A stretch of DNA of 63,028 nucleotides, filler included, from Octopus bimaculoides (GCF_001194135.2; 5 parts of 5 records of this genome joined end to end with filler, not necessarily neighbours in it), one strand, 5' to 3'. Shown: positions 25,220 through 37,894, counted from the whole stretch's first letter. Notes: a model not told the origin generated them from the letters alone. A program made the numbers and translations.

Positions 25220-25560
25220 TGTCTAGCTTTTTTTCCTCACCTCTTTGTTGAAGTGCAGATTCCTGAGATAACTATTCACCACTTCTTTCCACGCCTTCTC
25301 TTCTTTGCTCTCCTTCTTCTGCTGTTTCCTTCCACATAGTTCTCCCGGCACTTCTTTACCCACCTGTCCTCATTCATACCCATTACATTCCTGTAAGCAA
25401 TGTAGCCATCAGTCTGGTACCCTACAATTAATTCCTCTCATGCCTAGTTTTTCTCTCTGCTCATCATTTATGTCTCACCGTTCATGCCCCATACCATTGC
25501 ACATCAGACAAACTGTGTCCACTTCATTTCCTTCCAACCTTTGCACAAAAATGCAGCTTC
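25220..25560 (-). mobile_element. Decayed RTE LINE 3' ORF2 fragment
   Basis: Minus strand VMGMNEDRWVKKCRENYVEG and WKEVVNSYLRNL resemble the RTE C-terminus. Confidence 0.65.
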
Positions 25561-25627
25561 TGTAAAAATGTAACTTCATTTGTTTCAACAATGTTGAACA
25601 AATGAAGATTAGTTACATCTTTACATA

Positions 25628-25844
25628 TGAGGGGGTGCTGAACAGTTTTTGGCTTTGGGTGAAAGAAAATACAGGAGGATCAGTTAATTATGACTTTATT
25701 CAATATATTCCCGTCTCAGATTCATACACTTATTGCAGCAGTCCTTCAGTTTTTCTAAGTCCCGTAAAAGAACTCAGAAATTTGGACCTCCAACCAAGCC
25801 TTGTGTGATACCTTTAAAGCCAGGAGCTTTTCAGCACTCCTTCA
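25628..25844. mobile_element. Mariner-type MITE with TA TSD
   Basis: TA|TGAGGGGGTGCTGAACAGTTTTTGGCTTT ... AAAGCCAGGAGCTTTTCAGCACTCCTTCA|TA. Confidence 0.8.
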
Positions 25845-26121
25845 TATATAGTCATAATTTTGGAACAAAGAATCAAATACAAACTTGAAATTAAAACTTT
25901 CTTACATATTTTTGGAGTTATATTTTGAATCAAGAGTCAAATACAGACTTGAAAGAAAAACTTTCTTACTAATAGTGCTCCCTCTAGGGTGTGCACTTCT
26001 GGGTGTGCATGCAGGTTTTATAACTAGAAAAGGAAATATAATATCTGCACACAAGGCTTTTAACATGATAGTGGACTTTTTTTTAATTGAAGAAATTTGA
26101 AGAAATCTGGGTTGTAGTTAC

Positions 26122-26233
26122 TTGCATGGATACATTCACACTTAGCAAAGAAAGGCAGAATTTGGACACAAGCTAAGTCATGTGCATCTTCTGTGAAGTG
26201 ATTGGCATTAAGAAGAGCATCCAGTTGTAGACA
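26122..26233 (-). CDS. Weak candidate exon (CLQLDALL...CECIHA)
   Basis: ttccag acceptor, gtaact donor, open in phase 0; no recognisable homology. Confidence 0.18.
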
Positions 26234-26453
26234 CTGGAACATGATGCAGTCAAATGAGCCTTTTATTACAGTTCTATATTTAAGAGTTGACGAATTATTT
26301 ACATTATTTACGTTTGATGGATATTTGTCCTCATCTTGTTTGTTGTTAACACAATGTTTCGATATACCCTCCAACCTTCATCAGTTGTCTTGGGGAAATT
26401 TTGAACCTGGGTTCTCATTCCCAGGGTATTTTTCGATGTTATTATTATTATTA

Positions 26454-26499
<46 letters not shown>

Positions 26500-26514
26500 T
26501 ATTATTATTATCAT

Positions 26515-27041
26515 TGAGTGAGAGAGCAGTGCATGCCATCAAAGTGACACTGGGGTAAAATATATGAAGCTCAATATACCCATCATGACTACCCATCTGA
26601 TAAGGGTACACCAGACACATGCATCACAACCATATGTGCATGACATGGTGATCTCATATCAAGATAAACAGCACATGACCTCGCAGGTGGGGCCCAGTTA
26701 GAATTTTCTTCAGGTTGAGTAGCCCATCCTGCTGAAAAGTTCCCTGAATAAGGTTTGTTTAAAGATGTTGAACAAAACACCCATGTTTCCAAAGGTGAAT
26801 TATTCAAACCCCCCAAAATTCCTCTCAACACATGGCTATGATGCTCCCCCAACTACTTCTGCTTGTGATCAGAGATGCACATATCGTCAGCCTCCAAGGG
26901 ACATGCTCAACTGGCTTAAGGTCAAGCAAATTTGTCATATTGAGCAGAATATTTGCTGTAGCCCATTCAGGTCACTGCCTGGAATTGAACTCGAAATCTT
27001 GGGGTTAGTAGCTCACGCTCTTAACCACTACACCATATGCC
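26515..27041 (-). mobile_element. tRNA-derived SINE, family E
   Basis: Minus-strand head GGCATATGGTGTAGTGGTTAAGAGCG...GAGTTCAATTCC; its end is also seen near 56528-56570. Confidence 0.7.
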
Positions 27042-27089
27042 TTTTATTGTCCAACCATCCAATCCATGGCAGAATGTCAGCAAGACACT

Positions 27090-27230
27090 AAAAGATGATG
27101 ATCGTGATGATGATGATGATGATGATGATGACAGTGATGACACAAATGACAACAACAACGACGATGATGATGATGATGGGGACAACGATGACAACACAGA
27201 GGCTGATGACAATGATGCAGATGAGGAGGA
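27090..27230 (+). repeat. (GAT)n/(GAC)n/(AAC)n compound microsatellite
   Basis: Read directly. Confidence 0.9.
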
Positions 27231-27590
27231 GAACTCAAGGCAAAAATTTAGACAGAACATTGCTTACAATAATAAACAAAATTTTACCCTCTTAACCAGG
27301 GTTAACAGTTGTCATGGAAATGAAAACAGCTGCCAGACTAAACAAAGTATGTTGTTGTTAAGTAAGTGAAAAGTTTTCAATATAGTTAAGCAGCTGTTGC
27401 AATCAAGTATTGATTACTTTACCATTAATTAAACTATGTAGTTAAGTTGAAAATGTCATATCATATAAACATGTCCTGTGGTATTTTATAAACCAGCAAT
27501 TCTGTAATATTTGATGCCAATTAAATTAATCTAAAACTTATTTTATGATATTTTCATTTCAAATCCAGTAATTGGTGTGAAACATATAAC

Positions 27591-27626
<36 letters not shown>

Positions 27627-28026
27627 TCATCTTTCATTTGTTTCATGTTTGTATGTATGCATGGATGAATGCATGTGTGTGTGTGTGTGTGTGTGTGTGT
27701 ATGACAGGCTTCATCACAGTTTTCCATCTACTAATTTTGTTCACAAGGCATTAGTCAGCCTGATGTTATAGTAGAAGGCACTTGTTCAAGGCACTTTGTA
27801 GTGTGACCAAAACCAAGAATAAGCAGTTGAGAAGCAAACTTCTTAACCACTCAATCATTTCTGCAAAACAAATATTTCTTTGTTGATAGCAAAAATTATA
27901 TTTGATTGTGCTTGTTTTTCTACTGTCGTTTTTGGCCTGGCAGTAGATATAGGAATGGTCTGAAAGTAAAATTATCTCGTTTGTGATGTAGAGTTTCCAA
28001 TGTTTGTCTTTCATGTCTTTCTTTAG

Positions 28027-28160
28027 GGAAGAGAGAAGAAAAAAAAGTCTCATCTTTCCAGATGAAAGAATCTGGGCTGAAAATGTTATAAAGAAAGAAA
28101 TAGAATTGTCAGAAAGCAAAAAGAGAGTGGGGTGCCTGTCTCTTTATCAAGGGTGGAGAA
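28027..28160 (+). CDS. Candidate internal exon (EERRKKSLIFPDERIWAENVIKKEIELSESKKRVGCLSLYQGWR)
   Basis: Strong pyrimidine tract plus TAG acceptor, AA|gtatga donor, open frame; no recognisable homology. Confidence 0.3.
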
Positions 28161-28375
28161 GTATGACTTTGAAAGATTTAGACTCAACATTTCAAACTAA
28201 CAAAATACCATCATTCTCTGTTGATGCCGTCATTAGCCTCTTGAAATGTTTCAATCATCTCTCCACAGATATAACCCTGTCGCAAATTTTGCACTTAAAA
28301 AAAAAAAAATCTATTTATTGATTTTCTTTTTGCTGATACAAAAAGACGGAGTTGTTAACATATCAGACAAAGTAC

Positions 28376-28492
28376 TTTGTGGAATTTCGTCTGGTTCTTT
28401 ATGTTCCCATTTCTAATTTTGCTATGGACAAGTTCGGGTGGTAGATTCGATCCGTCTACAAGGTTTAACTGTTTAGCAATGAAACTGGCCAT
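28376..28492 (-). CDS. Weak candidate first coding exon (MASFIAKQLNLVDGSNLPPE...KFHK)
   Basis: gatATGG start context, AAA|gtactt donor, phase-compatible with 26122-26233. Confidence 0.18.
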
Positions 28493-29294
28493 ATCTAGCC
28501 CAAATATTCTATTTCGTTTTATGTTAAATCTGGACATACCCTATAATGTCATTCTGAAAATATGCAATCACATCATTGAAATCTTAAAGCTACAAAATAA
28601 TGCAAGATTTATATTGGAACACAGAACAAAGGGTATACATTTTAGAGGATAGAATCAGATATTTGACATCATTTACTTTGTTACTTGGAACCTCACAATT
28701 CTCAGTTAAATTCCTATCTGGGGTGATTTTTCCTTTTATTCTTCAGGGGTTTAATAAATGAAGTACTAATAATTAAATAGTAATTAAATTGGTTTCAGTA
28801 AATTGGTTATTGTATATTTTTAATAATTCAGTTTATTCAATTAGCACTCATGAGATAGCCGATTAAGACTGTTGTCACATTATGTTTGTTTGTTAGAAGT
28901 GTTTTCATCATTAATTACGCATTAAAATTAATCACTGATTAGATTAAACAGGGTTTAAGTACATTAAAATAAGGCTTAGAGGGAGATTAATATACACAGC
29001 CATTATTAACCCCATTTCCTTTTATCATATTTCTGTCCAAATACACTTCCTTCACTTCAATTAATTTTGAAAATATTGATGGATTTAGTAAAATAATTTT
29101 GTCAATATTGAACTGATGTTTGGAATATAAATAAATTAATATTAAATTTTGAAGGAAGGATTTCATTTAGATCACCGTAACCCTTAAGTATTCAAAATAT
29201 TCTATCAAATGTATCCCTTATTTATTCATTGTCTTGAATGATTCCTGCATAACCTCATAGCTTTGTTATTTTGGTGATGTACTCTTTTTACTCT

Positions 29295-29521
29295 CTTTTA
29301 CTCTTTTACTTGTTTCAGTCATTTTGACTGTGGCCATGCTGGAGTACTGCTTTAGTCGAGCAAATCGACCCCAGGACTTATTCTGTGTAAGCCTAGTACT
29401 TATTCTATCGGTCACTTTTGCCAAACTGCTAAGTTACAGGGATGTAAACACACCAGCATCGGTTGTCACGCAATGTTGGGGGGGGGACAAACACAGACAC
29501 ACAAACAAAATAAGCACATGC

Positions 29522-29558
<37 letters not shown>

Positions 29559-29718
29559 TACAATGGGCTTCTTTCAGTTTCCGTCTACCAAATCCACTCA
29601 CAAGGCTTTGGTCAGCCCGAGGCTATAGTAGAAGACACTTGCCCAAGGTGCCACTCAGTGGGACTGAACCCAGAACCATGTGGTTGGTAAGCAAGCTACT
29701 TACCACACAGCAACTCCT
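29295..29718 (-). mobile_element. SINE family A, full length, CpG-decayed
   Basis: Aligns to 1-385 with CG to TG/CA changes. Confidence 0.88.
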
Positions 29719-29772
29719 GGACCTGATAAATATATATTAAAATGAGATATCAATGTTATTTTCACAAAAGTT

Positions 29773-29833
29773 GGGGTCGGCTGCACCTGCCTACCTCGGT
29801 TGCTATGGCACTGAGGTAGATCTGGCCACCCCC
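29773..29833. promoter_or_regulatory. GC-rich hairpin containing an RFX X-box-like motif
   Basis: GTTGCTATGGCAC at 29799-29811 inside the inverted repeat CTACCTCGGT/ACTGAGGTAG. Confidence 0.3.
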
Positions 29834-31329
29834 GTTAATGGGAACAAAACCCAAATTTAAAACACTGAACTCTGAAGTATTTAGTTACCCAGAACTGTAG
29901 TAAAAGACATTTGCCTTATGTACCATGCAATGAGACTGAACCTGGAACCATTTGACTTGGAAGCAAACATCTTCCCACGTAGCCATTCCTGTGCCTATAA
30001 ACATATATATAGACACATACACCAATACATCTGTGTGTGTGTGATTTATTTGGTAAGCATTAAATAAATCAATTAAAAGTCCCTGATCTGGCTGTAATCT
30101 TTAAAGCAGCCAATTTGTTGGAGTTGCGTGTTTATGTTATCATAATCTGCGATAGCTTCTCAGCTCTGGTTTAAGCGTTTTCATTAATACTACAAGCGTG
30201 ATAAAGAATACTAAACTGAGATAATTTTTTTTTTTGGGGAGGTGGGTGATCTGCAATAAGGCGTAGGTGTCGGGGCAGGAGCAGAGGTGGGTGCGGGGAT
30301 TAAACAGAAAAGTAAAAGAGAAAAATAAAAAGGAAAAAATTTTCAAAAGAGATAAAGTTAACAAGAACAACAAGAGTGAAAACAATAATGAAAAGAATAA
30401 AAAAAAAACACTAATCATGCAAAAATAGTGTAAGAAAGAAATACTGTTACCTGTGTTTGTGTGTGTATGTGCATTTGCATGTGAGTGTATATGTGTGTTC
30501 ATATATATACACATGTATAAACATATATGTATATTTATATATATATACCATACGTGTGTATATATATATATATACACATACATATGACATATATACATAT
30601 ATGTATATGTGTGTATATGTATCTATATATATATAGATAGATATATATAATGTAAGGATACGTTATTTATGGACCCCGAAGGGATGAAAAGTTAGGTTCC
30701 CCTCGGAGGGATTTGGATTCAGAAGAAATGTTGCTGAGCAGTTTATTTGATGTCCTAACAATTTTGCCAGCTCGCTACCTTAAACAGAAAGCTTACATAC
30801 AATAAAATTGCAGAATTGTCTTTTTGACTTTCAATAAATGTATTCACACAAAAGTGTACATTGGAAAGAAAAACCTATTTCATACTGGGAGTTGAAAATA
30901 AACCAGTAACTTTCAGTAAAAACCCAGTTGTTTAGTAAAATGCTTACACATTCTAATTTCCTTTCTTCGTATGAATTTCGGAAATAAATGAAAACAGAAA
31001 AAGAAAATGTTGACATATCTTAAAGCCAGAAAAATACTCTTCACATATATCTTAGTCTATGTACACAAACACAAATACACAGACACACACATACACACAC
31101 ACAGTAGCCACAAATAAAACTACCAGAATAACATAAAAGAAAAAGTAATATATACATGCATACATACATAAATATATATATATATATACATACATACATA
31201 CATACATACATACACAAATATATATATATAGTCAAATCGTCCAACCCATGCTAGCATGGAAAGCGGACGTTAAACGATGATGATGATGATGATATATATA
31301 TAGACATACATGTATATACATACACATAT

Positions 31330-31473
31330 ACAGTGAGCTTCCACACAATTCCTGTGTACCATAGTCACTCCTGAGGCTTTGAGATTATAAGAAAAGATAC
31401 TTGCCCATGGTGCTCCAGAGTGGGACAGAACCTGAAACCACTTAGTTGCAGAGTGAGCTTCTTAACCACTCAG

Positions 31474-31476
<3 letters not shown>
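31330..31476 (-). mobile_element. SINE family A, 5' half, decayed
   Basis: Matches the head half of the family. Confidence 0.75.
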
Positions 31477-31522
<46 letters not shown>

Positions 31523-31921
31523 TATTTATGTAAGTATGTATATGTGCTTGTAATTGTGTAATTGTGTGTATCTATGTATATAATTATACATGTGTGCGCA
31601 TNNNNNNNNNNNNNNNNNNNNNNNNNNNNNNNNNNNNNNNNNNNNNNNNNNNNNNNNNNNNNNNNNNNNNNNNNNNNNNNNNNNNNNNNNNNNNNNNNNN
31701 NNNNNNNNNNNNNNNNNNNNNNNNNNNNNNNNNNNNNNNNNNNNNNNNNNNNNNNNNNNNNNNNNNNNNNNNNNNNNNNNNNNNNNNNNNNNNNNNNNNN
31801 NNNNNNNNNNNNNNNNNNNNNNNNNNNNNNNNNNNNNNNNNNNNNNNNNNNNNNNNNNNNNNNNNNNNNNNNNNNNNNNNNNNNNNNNNNNNNNNNNNNN
31901 NNNNNNNNNNNNNNNNNNNNN

Positions 31922-31955
<34 letters not shown>

Positions 31956-32129
31956 GGATAAAATTGTTATTTAAAACATCGATCATATCAAGTGGCTAGC
32001 ATGGGAATAAAAACCTCATAGGCAATAATTATTATTAAAATTATAATTGAGGGTATCTAAAAGATACCACCATGCTAGATATAGCAGCCAAAACTTAACT
32101 CTAAAATCACATTAAATGTTCATACAGCA

Positions 32130-32434
32130 CCAGGAGATAAGACAAAGAGGAGCAGACAGTTTTAGATAGGACCAAGTGGTGGGCCGCTGTTCGCAACGGT
32201 GCCAGCCAATATGAAAGTGATAGAAAAGCTGCTGCAGAGAAGCGCAGGCAGAACAGAAACAACAATGCTTTGAATCCCCCGGCACCTGCTACCATTCCCT
32301 GTCCCTACTGCAGTAGATCTTTCCAAGCGCAGATTGGGCTTATCAGCCATCTCCGCACTCACTGATGTTGACCTCCCCACCCCCTACTAGGATGATCAGA
32401 TGGTCTTCGTCGTTCCGATGGACGAACAACAACA
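32130..32434 (+). mobile_element. RTE/BovB-type LINE 3' end with C2H2 finger, 3' UTR and (ACA)n tail
   Basis: EQTVLDRTKWWAAVRNGASQYE...IPCPYCSRSFQAQIGLISHLRTH*, stop at 32363-32365; ends GATGGACGAACAACAACA. Confidence 0.9.
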
Positions 32435-32649
32435 TGTATGTATGTACGTATGCATATGGAATATACTCAGGATAGTGCTTGAAAGACAGCAGTTTAAATG
32501 AAGTCTCAATATAGTTGTTGGGGAGACAAGATGTTTATTAGGACTCTATAGAAAATCTCATCTATTTCATGGCTACAATGAGAACACATGGATGTATATA
32601 TCTACATATATATATATATATATATATACGTAGACATATATACACACAA

Positions 32650-32712
<63 letters not shown>

Positions 32713-33196
32713 TATATATCCATGTATACATATAAGACGAGGAAGAAAATGAAGATATCTATAAAGTATAAAATTTAATATTACAATTGTTTCTGTGCCA
32801 TACTGCTTTGAATTGCATTACATATAAATCATTATTTGTGATGAATTACACAAGATCTTTAGAAATTTACCGATGGTTGAATAGAGAAGAGTAGCATTGC
32901 TTCAGACACTATATCAGACAGCTCATCAAACACTATATATATATATTGTAATAAAACACATAAAAAAAAATATTTAAGTTTAAAAAAAAAGATGCTTTCA
33001 TTTTAAGTAGCAACAGCTGTGGTGCTGGCGATGGCAGTGGTATTTGTTCATAATTGAATATTTTTTTTGTGATCATCAACATGATAAAACAGCGAATGCC
33101 TACAATAACAAAATAACGTTAAATATTTCATAAATCTAAACCAAATGGAAAATAATAAACAAAATAACAAGAACAACAGCAACAACAACTGTGTCT

Positions 33197-33235
<39 letters not shown>

Positions 33236-33804
33236 TCTTTTAAAATAGATATTTTTTCTCCAAGGAAAGTAAGCATATGCTATGAGTTGCCAAGTTTCAC
33301 TTTTTCCTGAAAAAATGGTTTAATAATATCAGAAGACTAGAGGAGTGTGTAAATTTATAACACAACTGAATTAATGAAATTAAATTGGAATATATCTAAA
33401 TAAATATATTTATCATAACTTTTCATCTAACTTGGTATGTTTGGGAAAAATTAACATTGTTCTTATTTATTTTTATTTTTCACTAAAGCTAACATTAAAA
33501 ATTTATGTAAAAAAAAAGAAGTCTGTCGCACATCTCACACTCTCTTACTTCCTATGGACATATATATGTGTGTGTGCATGTATTTGTGTGTGTATATATA
33601 TGTATAAGTATACATACATATATCTATGTGTGTGTATATATATATATATATATGCATATGTATATATAACTATATATATCTATATAGTTATGTACACATA
33701 CATATATAATGTGCATGTGTTTACATGTATATATATGTGTGTGTGTATATATATATATATGCATGTATGTATGTATGTATGTATGTATGTGTGTGTGTGT
33801 ATCA

Positions 33805-34522
33805 TCCACACAATTTAATGCCCGTTGTCCATGCCAACATGGGTTAGATGGTTTGACTGGGATTGGTCAGCTGGAGAGCTAGACCAGGTTCCCGTCTAAT
33901 TTGGCATAGTTTCTATGGTTGGATGCCCTTTCTAGCGCCAACCACTCTGAGAGTGTATTCAGTGCCTTTTGCATGTTTCTGATACCACAGGTGCTTTTAT
34001 ATGTCACCGGTACCAGCCACAACTATGATTTCCCTTGGTTAGATGGGTCTTCTCAAGCACAACAAATCACCAAATGTCACAATCACTTGTCATCACCTTT
34101 GTGCAACCCAACATTTGAAAATCATGCTGCACCACCTCACCGTATGTCTTCCTGGGTCAACCTCTTCCACAGGTTCCCTCCACAGTTAGAGATTGGCACT
34201 TCTTTATGCAGCTTTCCTCATCCATACAAATCACATGACCACACCTGCACAGTCATCTCTCTTACACACCACACCTGATGCCTCTTATGCTCAATTTTTC
34301 TCTCAAGATGCTTACACTCTATCGAACATGCACACTGACATTGCACATCCAATGGAGCATACTAGATAAATTTCTGTCAAGCTATAAAAATGTCCTCGCC
34401 AGTCACAGCCCATCTTTCACTGCCAAGTAGCATGGCTGTTCACACACAGGCATCATGCAATCTGCCTTTCACTCTGAGGGAGAGGGGCCCCTGTGTTACT
34501 AAAAAAAGCAGAAGCCCTCTAA
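33805..34522 (-). mobile_element. RTE LINE 3' portion (second subfamily)
   Basis: Minus strand SMLHWMCNVSV, LREKLSIRGIRCGV, KCQSLTVEGTCGRG, PRKTYGEVV, followed by the 3' UTR also seen at 35410 and 43620. Confidence 0.85.
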
Positions 34523-34589
34523 ATTTTTCCCAGACTATTTATTTATGTGTGTGTGCATGTGTGCATATGTGTGTGTAAAATGGTATATA

Positions 34590-34775
34590 CTCTTTTACGT
34601 GTTTCAGTCATTTGACTGTGGCCATGCTGGAGCACCACCTTTAGTCGAACAAATCAACTCTAGGACTTGTTTTTTATAAGCCTGGTACATATTCTATTGG
34701 TCTCTTTTGGCAAACCACTAAGTTACAGAGACATAAACACACCAGCTTCGGTTGTCAAGTGATGGTGGGGGAGGG
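34590..34775 (-). mobile_element. SINE family A, 3' half, CpG-decayed
   Basis: Aligns to 1-165. Confidence 0.85.
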
Positions 34776-35409
34776 GCCGAACACATTCATGTATTACATG
34801 TTACACACATATCTCTAGATATATGCAAATGTTTATATGTGTGTGTGTGTATGTGTGTGCGTGTGTGTGTGTGCATGTGTGCATGTGTGTGTGTGTATGT
34901 GTGTGTGTGTGCGTATGTGCATACATACATGTGTATGTGCAAATATTGTGTCATTGGAGTTAAATGTTGCACAGTATTGTCAGAGTCTGATATTAACTGT
35001 GCAATGTTATATCAAAAACTATCAAATATATTTGAATAGTATACGGGATCGCAAAAGAAACTGATATTTAAATAAATGATGGGGTATCAAAAACCATCCA
35101 TTATATGAGAAGAATGTAACAGATAACAGACAATAAGGGTTCAGTCGTTGTTTTTGGTTTTTAATGCTTAAAACTATATTGACAGGCAAGGTGACAAAGG
35201 ATGTAGGCTTTTAGACAGAAAGATGGAAAGGCTGTGAAAGTTAAATGGATGAAAAGGCAGACAGACAGGAAGGTAAGAAGACAGGTAGATTGATGGTTAG
35301 AAAGAGATACTGATTGGCAGTTGGACGGATGAATATATGGGGATGTAGCGAGAGGTTAGGGTGGATAGATGGCTGGGTAGGTAATAAGAGTACTGACACA
35401 CACATGCAC

Positions 35410-35645
35410 AGATTATCATCATCATCACCACCATCATCATCATCATCATCATCTAATGTCTGCTTTCCATGCCAGCCTGGGTTTGACGGTTTGACAGGGA
35501 ACTGGTGAGCTGGTGTGCTATATCAAGCTCCAGTTGTCTCTTTTGGCATGGTTCCTATTGTTGGATAGTCTTCCGAATGCCAACGACTTTAGAGAGTGTA
35601 CTCAATGCTTTTTACCCCTACACTCCTAGCACTAGTGAGGTTGTC
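35410..35645 (-). mobile_element. RTE 3'-tail-derived fragment
   Basis: (CAT)n tail, then CTTTCCATGC...GGATAGTCTTCCGAATGCCAAC, related to 33805 and 43620. Confidence 0.7.
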
Positions 35646-35909
35646 ATATTGTGGTAAGAAGCCTGCTTCCTAACTACATGGTATATATAAAGGGTATTAA
35701 CTGTGTATTAATGCCTCATGCTATCGAGGGACTAAATAAGTCAAAAAACTACCAAAAATAAGTAACTACCAAAAATAAGCAACAGACTGAACTATATATC
35801 GAACGATTTCACAGTTATTATAACAATATATAACTTCTGCTCATCAGTATAGCATGGTCAAGATACATTTATTATGGCAATTGAATAATTGTCACATATT
35901 ATATTACAG

Positions 35910-35940
<31 letters not shown>

Positions 35941-35966
35941 GTGTGTGTATCGGTAGATAAATAAAT

Positions 35967-36331
35967 GTTGTTGTTAGCACTCCGTCGCTTATGACGTCGA
36001 GGGTTCCAGTTAATCCAATTAATGGAACAGCCTGCTCGTTAAATTAACGTGCAAGTGGCTGAGCACTCCACAGACACGTGTACCTTTAACGTAGTTCTCA
36101 GGGATATTCAGCGTGACACAGTGTGACAAGGCTGACCATTTGAATTACAGGCACAACAGAAACGGGAAGTAAGAGTGAGAGAAAGTTGTGGTGAAAGAGT
36201 ACAGCAGGGTTCGCCACCTTCCCCCGCAGGAGCCTCGTGGAGCTTTAAGTGTTTTCGCTCAATAAACACTCACAACGCCCGGTCTGGGAATCGAAACTGC
36301 GATGCTAACCACTGGGCCATTGCGCCTCCAC
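35967..36331 (-). mobile_element. SINE family C with 12-bp TSD
   Basis: TSD AGATAAATAAAT at 35955-35966 and 36332-36343; small deletion in the head. Confidence 0.92.
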
Positions 36332-36374
36332 AGATAAATAAATAAATAGATAGATAGTATTAATAAAGTACTGA

Positions 36375-36690
36375 AGGCTCAAGGACTAGTGGTTAGAGTG
36401 TTGCCCTCATGATTGCAAGATCTTGGTTTCAATTCCTAGGCTGGGTGCTGCATTGTGTTCTTGTGCAAAACAATACATTTCCCATTGCTTTGTGACCCCT
36501 TCGACATCTGATGCATGGCATACCATGCACCTGTACAGGTAATGTCGATTTGATGGAAAATGCGATCTCATGTATATCACAAATATTTGATCACAACAAA
36601 CAAATCACCTGTGCAGGTCATTCACCAAGGGATTGCAGAAACCTCATCTATCTTCTCCAATGGGAGAAGCCACCACTTATGAAAACATAC
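36375..36690 (+). mobile_element. Decayed tRNA-derived SINE, family F
   Basis: CTAGTGGTTAGAG...GGTTTCAATTCC tRNA-like head. Confidence 0.6.
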
Positions 36691-36729
36691 GTACACACAC
36701 ACATATGTATATATGGCTTTTATATACGT

Positions 36730-36999
36730 AGGTATATAGGTATATCAGGAATTGAGGATTTTATCTGCTATAAATTTATTCCCAAGGTGCTTTGGGATTT
36801 AGCACAGCATGCATTAGAACAGTTTAATCAGAAAACTGGATTACAAAGGTTTCAAAACATCCGCTTAATAGATTTAGGAATGTTATCATGATATGAAAAC
36901 TACCAGGATTTACTGTTACATTATTTTAAATCCAGGATTGAGGATCTAATCAATTATATGATCATTCCCAAGGTGCTTAGTGGCTTATTGAAGAGCATG
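36730..36999 (+). pseudogene. Interrupted reading frame with an internal 62-codon-spaced duplication
   Basis: IEDFICYKFIPKVLWDL (36751) and IEDLINYMIIPKVLSGL (36937) in the same frame with one TGA between them. Confidence 0.35.
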
Positions 37000-37095
37000 T
37001 GAACTACTTACTATGCATATATGAATACATACAGATGTACATGCATACATGCATGCACAGATATCTGTGTGTCTCTTTCAATCTCACTCTCTATC

Positions 37096-37150
<55 letters not shown>

Positions 37151-37161
37151 TNNNNNNNNNN

Positions 37162-37225
<64 letters not shown>

Positions 37226-37447
37226 GTGTAAAACTATTAAAAAACATGAAGGTGAAGTAAACTAGTCGAATGTATTAGGTTTACGCTGAAGAAAAATAGA
37301 AAGAAAAGCCTTTTACGTTTTGAGTGTCACACATTCTTCTATAGAAAGAAAAGACAAGAAGAGAAAAAAAGGGAGAGGGACAAGCACAAATGTTCCTAAG
37401 TTAAGTGCACACAACATGATGTATACATGTATATGGACTTTATGTTT

Positions 37448-37532
37448 GAGGCTCTGATGAAGCTATGAAGTAGTACTCAGGCACTGAACTATGAGTCCAC
37501 CACATCTTATAGTAGAAACAGTTGTCTGCTAA
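37448..37532 (+). ncRNA. Degenerate type I hammerhead-like motif
   Basis: CTGATGA (37454-37460), long helix II GCTATGAAG/CTTATAGT, GAAA (37515-37518), CAGTT-GTC; helix I imperfect. Confidence 0.45.
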
Positions 37533-37585
37533 TGAAGTTCATAAGGTAATTGTTTACTCCTTTGTCATCTCTCTTCTTCTATATC

Positions 37586-37652
<67 letters not shown>

Positions 37653-37894
37653 CATATATCATATATGACAAGAGTATACATTTGAATTACAGGTATAAAC
37701 CATCTGAGAGGCCTCTATACTGTTCCTGCCTAGCTATTACCACTCACAGGGTGTGGGTTGCTCTGTGGTAATAGCATCTGTTTCAGACTTTGTTTAATTG
37801 ACCTCAGAAGTACAAAATACAAGGTCAACCTGGGTGTGACTTCATAACTCAAAACCTGCACAAAGGCTATGATGTATTTTCTTTCTTACTCTGT

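Noticed and set aside
25865-25970. ~60-bp-period diverged tandem duplication
   Set aside because: Two copies only, no structure or coding signal.
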